Positions 56,212-64,000 of a stretch of DNA of 64,000 nucleotides are shown here, piece by piece. Under the pieces are notes generated by a model, which saw only the letters and a program-made list of their open reading frames with translations, did no database searches and was not told where the DNA came from. The stretch is from Eledone cirrhosa. Lineage: Eukaryota. Numbering within the stretch: the first letter of the stretch is position 1; each line of letters starts with the position of its first letter. A program made the translations under genes and the position numbers. The stretch spans positions 91,450,001 through 91,514,000 of the forward strand of contig OZ024745.1 of NCBI GenBank assembly GCA_964016885.1, in the 5' to 3' direction.

Positions 56212-58747
56212 TCGTACAAGGTAGAGGAACAGTGGGAATTCCTGAAAGCAAACCTGCTGACAGCGACAGACGAAGTCTGTGGCTGGAGCAGGCCTGTAGG
56301 CAGGAGGAGAGTAACATCGTGGTGGAACAGTAAGGTGGAGGGGTCAATTAAGGCCAAAAAGCAGGCTTGGAAAGTATGGTGGGATGGGGGAAGCAGAGAA
56401 GACTATCAAGTGGCCAGGAGGGAAGCTAGGAGACAAGTGTACTTCGCAAGAAGGGAAGCAGAGGAAAGAAAGTTCAAGCATGTTCTACAACGTGAGGACC
56501 AAAAACGTGAGGTGTTCAGGATTGCTAGGCAATGTGTCAAGGAAAACAGTGATATTGTCGGGGAGAAGTGTGTACTTAACGATGACGGCGTACTTGCCAT
56601 CACCGACGCCGATAAGAAGGTAGCTTGGAAGTGTCACTATGAAAGGCTACTCAATGAGGAGAATAAATGGGAGAAAGACAGTCTCCCCCACATCGACCCA
56701 ATAGAGGGACCAGCAGTGTTAGTCGAGGGTAGTAAAATAAGTAAGGCAATCAAAGATATGAAGACAAGTAAGGCGGCTGGGCCTTCGGAAATAGTTGCCG
56801 AGATGCTGAAGGCATCTGGTACGGTGGGACACACCATGGTCACCCGGATAGTCAACCAAGTCATACAGAATGGGGTTGTTCCGAAGGACTGGCGTAGCAG
56901 CATTATCGTTAACTGTTATAAGGGTAAAGGAGATGCCCTAGATAGGAGTAACTATAGAGGCATTAAATTAATCGACCAGGTCATGAAGGTCACGGAAAAA
57001 GTAATAGCGCAACTAATCAGAGAGCGAATTGATCTAGATGAAATGCAGTTCGGGTTTGTGTCAGGAAAAAGTACCACAGACGCTCTTTTCATTGTACGAC
57101 AACTACAGGAGAAGTACCTAGCTAAAAGTAAACCCCTATACTTAGCTTTCGTCGACTTGGAGAAGGCCTTCGACAGAGTCCCCCGTTCCATTATCTGGTG
57201 GGCTCTTAGAAAACTAGGTGTCGATGAATGGCTTGTGAGAGCTATACAAGCCATGTATAAAGAAACAGTCAGCAAGGTTAGAATTAACAACGAATATAGT
57301 GAAGAGTTTAGTGTAAAAGTTGGTGTTCATCAGGGCTCTGTTCTTAGCCCCCTACTATTTATTATTGTCCTCCAGGCTATAACAGTGGAGTTCAACACCG
57401 GCTGCCCATGGGAACTCCTATACGCAGATGATCTAACGCTCATAGCTGAATCAATGGCCGAGCTAGAGAAGAAATTCCAAACATGGAAGCACGGGCTAGA
57501 ATCAAAAGGCCTTAAAATTAACCTGGCTAAGACTAAAGTTCTAGTTTGTAAGAAAGAAAATAAGGCGGCGGTCCCCTCCGGGAAGTGGCCATGCGCAGAG
57601 TGTAGGAAAGGCGTAGGTAGAAATTCCATTTTGTGTCCCAAATGCAAAGTTTGGGTTCATAAAAGATGTAGTGGGATCACAGGTAAGCTAACTAAGAACA
57701 TAGATTTTACATGTGGCCGGTGTTCTGGGGCAATAAGTAGCAGCAAGTGCCCACAAAATACTAGCTCTTTCAACTGCGCAGAGGGTTCTATAGAAATAGT
57801 GGACAGCTTCCGTTACCTGGGTGACAAAATCAGCAGTGGGGGAGGGTGCTCTGAAAGTACAGTAGCTAGAGTCAGAACTGGGTGGAAAAAGTTCAGAGAG
57901 CTTATACCACTATTAGCCGCTAAAGGGTTCTCCCTAAAAATGAAAGGCAGGTTGTACGATGCCTGCATACGAACAGCAATGTTGCATGGCAGTGAGACCT
58001 GGGCATTGTGTGCAGAGGATATACGCAGACTAGAGAGAAACGAAGCTTGCATGCTCCGCTGGATGTGTAATAGTAATATACGTGAACGACAAAGCATAAA
58101 CGAACTAAGGGAGAAATTAGAAATAAGAGGGATCAGATGTTGTTTACTAGAGAGAAGGCTACGTTGGTATGGTCACGTGATGCGCATGAAGGACGATAGC
58201 TGTATAACAAAGTGCAGGGCAATAAAGATAGACGGTAGCCACGGAATAGGCAGACCCAGAAAAACCTGGGACGAGCTGATAAACTCCGACCTCACACACT
58301 TACACCTCACCAAGACAATGTCACTGGACCGAGACCTTTGGCGGTACTCAGTAATAGAGAAGACCCGCCTTACCTAAATACAAAGTAAAACCTACTACAG
58401 TCAGTAGGCATCTCTAAAAAAATACACCCCCGTCCCACCACCCCCACCCCATCCACACCGCCCCCTTCTACCATCGAGGCCGAACCAAATGAGATCGTGT
58501 AGGTGTCACGACAAAAAAACACACAGTCCACGCTGTAATGTGGCCGTGTAGGCAACACGGTAAAAACCTCCCAGACCCACACTGTAAATGTGGTTGGTGT
58601 TAGGAAGGGCATCCAACTGTAGAAAACCTGCCAGACAGTCCTATGCGAGCAAGACAATCACTCTTGCCTCAAGTGGGACTACCCCCGTCCAAACCCATGC
58701 AAGCGTGGAACACGGATGTTAAACGATGATGATGATGATGATGATGA
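56212..58747 (+). mobile_element. RTE-clade LINE, 5'-truncated, with uninterrupted RT ORF and (GAT)n tail, in PSTK intron 4
   Basis: Open ~56212-58377: KGKGD..DRSNYRGIKL, QFGF, AFVDLEKAFDRV, GVHQGSVLSPLLF, LLYADD (YADD at 57421), Cys-rich PHD-like insert, RLRWYGHV, GRPRKTW. Confidence 0.95.
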
Positions 58748-59018
58748 TATATATATATGTGTGTGTGTGTGTGTATATATGTGTGTGTGTGTGTGTATAT
58801 ATATGTGTGTGTGTGTGTGTGTATATGTGTGTGCGTGTATATATATATATAATGTAAGTGTATGTGTAGATATGTATATGTGTATATGTATGTGTATATA
58901 TGTATATATATATATGTGTGTATGTATGTATATATATATGTGTGTGTATATATATATGTAAATATGTATGAATATGTAAATATGTATGTATGTGTGTGTA
59001 TGTATATATATATACATG

Positions 59019-59052
<34 letters not shown>

Positions 59053-59054
59053 AG

Positions 59055-59088
<34 letters not shown>

Positions 59089-59146
59089 GAACACTGGAAG
59101 GTAATATCCGTAGTGGTAGAGCACTCAGTCCATGGGACGAGTTAGG

Positions 59147-59304
59147 TAGAAGTGGTTACACAACAGTTAGTTCACCATACCGAGAACAATTGTTTCACCT
59201 TAGCGGATCCTCAGCTCGTAATCGTAAATTTATGAGCTGAGGATCCGCTAAAGTAAAACAATTGTTCTATGTATGGTGAACTAACTGTTATGTAACCGCT
59301 TCTA
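59147..59304. repeat. Palindrome with 75-bp arms and 8-nt loop holding back-to-back hammerheads
   Basis: 59147-59221 vs 59230-59304 are reverse complements with a few substitutions. Confidence 0.92.
59181..59220 (-). ncRNA. Minimal type I hammerhead (family G); + copy at 59231-59270 has GAAA>AAAA
   Basis: CGAG - CUGAGGA - U CC gcuaa GG U - GAA - ACAAUUGU (palindromic) - U - CUCG. Confidence 0.75.
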
Positions 59305-59628
59305 TCATCATCATCATCATCATCATCATTTTCCGTCTGCTCTTCCCTGCTTGCAAAGGTATTATCATTATCATTATCATCATTTTACGTCCGCTTTTCC
59401 CTGCTTGCAAGGGTGGGACGGGAACTGATTCTGGCTTGATTTCTACAGCTGGATGCCCTTCCTAACACCAACCTCATTTCTACAGCTGAGTAAACTGGAG
59501 CAATGTGAAATAAAGTGTCTTGCTCAAGGAAACAACACATCACCCGGTCTGAGAATTGAACTCACAACCTTTCGATTGCAAGCCCAATGCTCTAACCACT
59601 AAGCCATGTGCCTCCATATAAATATATA

Positions 59629-60222
59629 CGTTGCTACGTTGGTATGGTCACGTAATGCGCATGAAAGACGACAGCTGTATAAAAAAGTGCAGGGCAATAA
59701 AGATAGACGGTAGCCACGGAGTAGGCAGACCCAGAAAAATCTGGGACGACCTGATAAACTCCGACCTCACACACTTACACCTCTCCAAGACAATGTCACT
59801 GGACCGAGATCTTTGGCGGCACTCAGTAATAGAGAAGACCCGCCTTACCTAAATACAAAGTAAAACCTACTACAGTCAGTAGGCATCTCTAACAAAATAC
59901 ACGCCCGTCCCACTACCCCAACCCCATCCACACCGCCCCTTTCAATGTAAAGTTATGTTGGTACCACAACATCCAGGCCGAAACAAATGAGATCGTGTAG
60001 GTGTCACGACAAAAAAACACACAGTCCACGCTGTAATGTGGCCGTGTAGGCAACACGGTAAAAACTTCCCAGTCCCACACTGTAAATGTGGTTGGTGTTA
60101 GGAAGGGCATCCAGCTGTAGAAAACCCGCCAGACAGTCCTATGCGAGCAAGACAACCACTCTTGCCTCAAGTAGGAAAACTCCCGTCCAAACCCATGCAA
60201 GCGTGGAACATGGACGTTAAAC

Positions 60223-60258
<36 letters not shown>
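59629..60258 (+). mobile_element. Second, short 3' copy of the same RTE family
   Basis: Closely matches 58158-58747, including the 3' UTR and (GAT)n. Confidence 0.92.
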
Positions 60259-60259
<1 letters not shown>

Positions 60260-60555
60260 TGTGAGTGTATATATATAGGTATAAGAGTCTGTGTTTTTGC
60301 TTTATATGTGTGTGTGAGAATGTGTTTGTAGACACCTGACCAAAGGCATTGTTAGCTTAAGTGAACCTTAAAAATCAGGAGTGGCACCCCCAGAGTGACC
60401 CTGTCTATAGAATTCTGCCTTTGTTATTGTAAATATAGTTTTTAAAGAATTCCCTTTTCTTTAAACCCATCAACCAATGACCTCCACCCATCCCAATCAC
60501 CACCCTCTCCTACCACCAGAAAAGATATAAATACCACCATATTACTTGGACAGCT

Positions 60556-60604
60556 GCTTCCTGATGATTTCTATGGAATGAAACAGTTCTAGTCCTATAG
60601 AAGC
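60556..60604 (+). ncRNA. Hammerhead family D copy (one stem III mismatch)
   Basis: GCUUC - CUGAUGA - U UUC uaug GAA U - GAAACAG..CUAU A - GAAGC; stem I covaries with 13138. Confidence 0.72.
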
Positions 60605-60894
60605 CTTTCTATATTAAATATATATATATAGGAAAATGTTAGACCCCGACGGCAGAGCTCAAGCCGTTTCACCGGGTATTTCTGAACCTTCGTTATATAT
60701 ATATATATATATATTATCATTTTACATCCGCCTGCTTGCAAGGGTGGGACAGGTCTTATTCAACACAGCATCTCTCCACCTCTCACGGTCCTTCGTCATC
60801 TCCACTGTGAGCTTCAGCAATCTGAGGTCTGTTCTCACCACCTCCTCCCATTTTTTATATATATATATATATATATTTTATATATCTATATATA

Positions 60895-61206
60895 TACTAG
60901 CAGCAGTACCCAGCGTTGCCTGGGTAGGTAAAATAATATCTGCTTTGATGAAAAGGTGTTGATCTTAGTGACTGCTTCTCGATGACTCATCTATGGCCAC
61001 ACACAGGCCATGCGGGGGAGGGTGGTGATAACCTCTATCACTGAGAAACGCGGGTGACTGACGAAGGGGCATGCTGGGGGAGGGAGGTAATGACCTCTAA
61101 CACTAAGCCAAATTTCCTCGCGCTACTTGACTGGAAACTGATGAATTCTCAAATACACAACTAAAAGCTCAGACGACGTCAGTGGCCATCGTTTTGCGAG
61201 TTTTTA
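60895..61206 (+). mobile_element. Possible non-autonomous Helitron/Helentron-type element
   Basis: Starts tactagcagcagtacccagcgttgcctgggta (subterminal hairpin) next to (TA)n. Confidence 0.45.
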
Positions 61207-61489
61207 ATATTATTCAAAATATTAACAAATGAAAAATATTCTCATAATCAAAATATATACTTTATTATATATATTTCAAAGGTACTGTGTTGTTTTTTCA
61301 GTACGCCCTCATCAGAGGACGTACTGAAATTGAATAATCAAGACCGTAGTGGTATGTCATATATCAAATCATATATTTTGTCTGATGAGGACGTACTGAA
61401 AAAACAACACAGTACCTTTGAAATATATATAATAAAGTATATATTTGATTATGAGAATATTTTTCATTTATTAATATTTTGAATAATAT
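61207..61489. repeat. Inverted repeat, ~110-bp arms (61207-61316 / 61381-61489), carrying family F hammerheads
   Basis: Reverse-complement arms with a 64-nt spacer. Confidence 0.9.
61371..61442 (+). ncRNA. Type I hammerhead, family F
   Basis: AUAUAUUUUGU - CUGAUGA - GGA c GUACUG..CAGUAC c UUU - GAA - AUAUAUAU - A - AUAAAGUAUAU. Confidence 0.8.
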
Positions 61490-61542
61490 ATATATATATA
61501 TATATATTAGATTTGATATAGAAATGTTCATTCAAAGGAAAT

Positions 61543-61588
61543 CTTCCTGATGATTTTTTTGAATGAAACAGTTCTAGTCCTGTAGAAG
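61543..61588 (+). ncRNA. Hammerhead family D copy with intact core, ~240 nt upstream of PSTK exon 5
   Basis: CUUC - CUGAUGA - uuuuuuugaau - GAA - ACAG uucuaguc CUGU - A - GAAG; downstream flank homologous to 13190-13270. Confidence 0.75.
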
Positions 61589-61825
61589 CCATTTCTATAT
61601 TAAATCTTGTATATACTCTATTATGTATTGAGTACTTTACTTATTGTGGTTAACCCTGATTGAACCTGGGATAATATTTCAGGAATTAAAATTCCCTTCT
61701 TCAGAGTATAAGGAACTCTGAGATAAATGTCCCAGCTTCTTTTCTTTGGTATTAAATTTATGTTTATATTTTATAAACTGCTTTCAAGTGTTGTTGTTAT
61801 ACATACATACATTTTTTTTTTCCAG

Positions 61826-62052
61826 ATGTTGAGTCATGTGGTAAGAATAAGAAAGAGATGTCAGGTTTTTATCGACAGATTCGTAACAGACTTTATTCTG
61901 AGCTAAAGTCTGGTTCACTGCTTATTCCTGAATCCATTGAAAATGTTATAGATGCCTCTAAAAATACAGACAGTGATTTGTATCAGTGGCTGAAAGATAT
62001 ATTTGAATCTAATTGTAATGATACAACAAGAATTAAATCTGAAATCACTTGA
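61826..62052 (+). CDS. PSTK: PSTK terminal coding exon 5
   Basis: tttttttttccag|AT completes GAT and runs in frame into ORF 61858-62052, ending TGA; the five exons total 1011 nt = 336 aa + stop. Confidence 0.82.
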
Positions 62053-63822
62053 AGGCATACAGTTATCTCAACCTCATTTAATCAATTCTCTTTACTGGAG
62101 AATATCTGTCTCTCTTTTGGAAGAATTAACCGAGGATAAAATATATTCCATTACCTTGACATTTGATTTTTCTATGAATATAAAAAAACAAAACAAGACA
62201 AAACAGTGGAATACTTCAATAGCTTATTGAGGAAAAGAGTTATCTTAAAGAAAGACCAGAATGTTAAAGCTGGTTTTGTGAGTTTTTAGAAGAAGTTATT
62301 TAGATAGTTAATAGGAGAGAGAGAGATATATGGATATAGATAGATATGTGTTGTTATGAATGTTAATATTTATTTGTGTATTGTATCACAGAGAGTAACC
62401 GAAGAAGCAGTCCAAGGGAATGTTGTGGCAAATATCATCATAAGGCATTACGATGTGTTTTGATATATAATTTATTTACAAAGATGAGAAGTTGAGTTAG
62501 CTGTGAAGACATGTCATAAGAAATGAAATAAAACAAATTAAGATGCTGTAAATTTAGATGCGGTCAGGTGGCTGAAGTAAGAAGCCAAGCTGTGGAGAAT
62601 TCCGGTAGCTACATTTTGGAAAGTTTGTTGAGCAAAATCAAGAGGTGTTACCTTGATGAGGTTGAGCTGCAAGAGAGAAAGTTTCTCGAAAAGAAGCGGG
62701 AATTTTTCCCTCTGGTAGCGATTGGCTGAACTGAGCCAAACAACATATGGAGAATGTATCCACGAACCCTCAGAATATAGGTCACTACAAGTCACTATGA
62801 AGAGGAAGAGATTAGACAAGTTTTACCAATTTTTTACATTACCAATCTTCTGAGGCATATTAAAAACATTCTATAAATATCCTTATCTACATTGTATCAT
62901 CATTTGATTAGTAATATTTTAAGGTTTTTTTAAAACCTTTTCCTTCTCCTTAGCTTCTATCATTTATTCCCATCACTATGTCTTTTACATATTCGAAGAA
63001 TACTGGTATATAGTACTGGAGAAAACTTGTCCACCCTTACAAACAAGGTACTATACATGCTCTTATTAACTTCTCTTCCCTCATCCCACTACCCTATATG
63101 TCAAACCCCCACCCATATACCATCCTCTATTGATACCTGAAACACACCACCATGTAGGTAGGTGTACCTATACTTGATCCCTCTAACTCTTAGCCTGATC
63201 CCTTCAACTCTTATGAATGAATAACAACAACAAAAAAACAACAGAATTTTGAGAGGCTCAGTTTTTTTCTTTAATCCAATAAATAAGATAAAGATTATAA
63301 AAATGATGTCAAAAAATACACATAGACATATACATATGGCAAATATTCACATATATATTAATATACATACATATACACACACATATGTACATAGAAGGAA
63401 GTATTACTTTGAAAATAATTAAATTTAGAGAGTAATAGAAATATTTAAAGAATTTCTTTATAAAACTTAAAATTAAACATTTAACCCTTTAGCATTTAAA
63501 CAGGTCATATCCGGCTAGAATTCTCTCACCTCTTTCTGTTCAAACTGGCTGTAACCGGCTGCTCATACTGATATTAAGGTATTGTTCTCAAAATAAATAA
63601 TATCAAAATCTCATAGATTCGATATTATGTGAGATAAAGCCTTTGCCATGAAAATACAATAGTAAATATAGAGTAATGTAAATGCTAAAGAGTTAAAGAA
63701 TCATGTGAGTTATAAGAATCACATCATTTTAATATATGGATGATTTATATATTGACTTAAATTTATTTCTGAGAAAGTCATATGGTTTAGGCTTATATTA
63801 TGCATTCAACCATATTCTAGGA

Positions 63823-63967
63823 CAGTCATGGGCAAACTGCAGCCCATTTGGTTTCTGAATGACATGTCTAATTTCAAAATTATTTTGAATTTTTTAGTAG
63901 TGTGGCTTTCCTTATGATGAGCCACATCCTATGTAGTTCACTGCTTGAAAAAGGTTGCCCACACCTG
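63823..63967. mobile_element. hAT-Charlie-like MITE
   Basis: cagtcatgggcaa...ttgcccacacctg with 8-bp TSD ttctagga/atctagga. Confidence 0.75.
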
Positions 63968-64000
63968 ATCTAGGATCTCTACAAGTGTCATAGTACTCAA

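Noticed and set aside
62538-62819. Coding-looking segment downstream of PSTK
   Set aside because: No recognisable motif or splice sites; probably a decayed retroelement piece

Overview
AT-rich, microsatellite-laden animal genomic DNA, most likely octopus/coleoid cephalopod (inferred from the SINE/RTE/Penelope repertoire and (TA)n density). It contains one clear host gene: a + strand, 5-coding-exon PSTK (O-phosphoseryl-tRNA(Sec) kinase, about 336 aa, 41761-62052, all intron phases consistent), whose transcription start probably lies further upstream. The rest is mobile DNA: three Penelope-like (PLE) RT/GIY-YIG remnants, a long open RTE LINE, RTE/CR1/CRE fragments, tRNA-derived SINEs, hAT, Tigger-like and TTAA MITEs, and mini/microsatellites. 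The most striking signal, read by eye, is a dense set of type I hammerhead ribozyme (HHR) motifs: about 18 complete or near-complete motifs from 7 unrelated sequence families, plus half-motifs. Several show covariation between copies, non-canonical cores (U3-A8 swap, A4, U.U closing stem II), and back-to-back placement in DNA palindromes inserted in (TA)n tracts. Five are in the sense strand of PSTK intron 4. No folding or database search was run.
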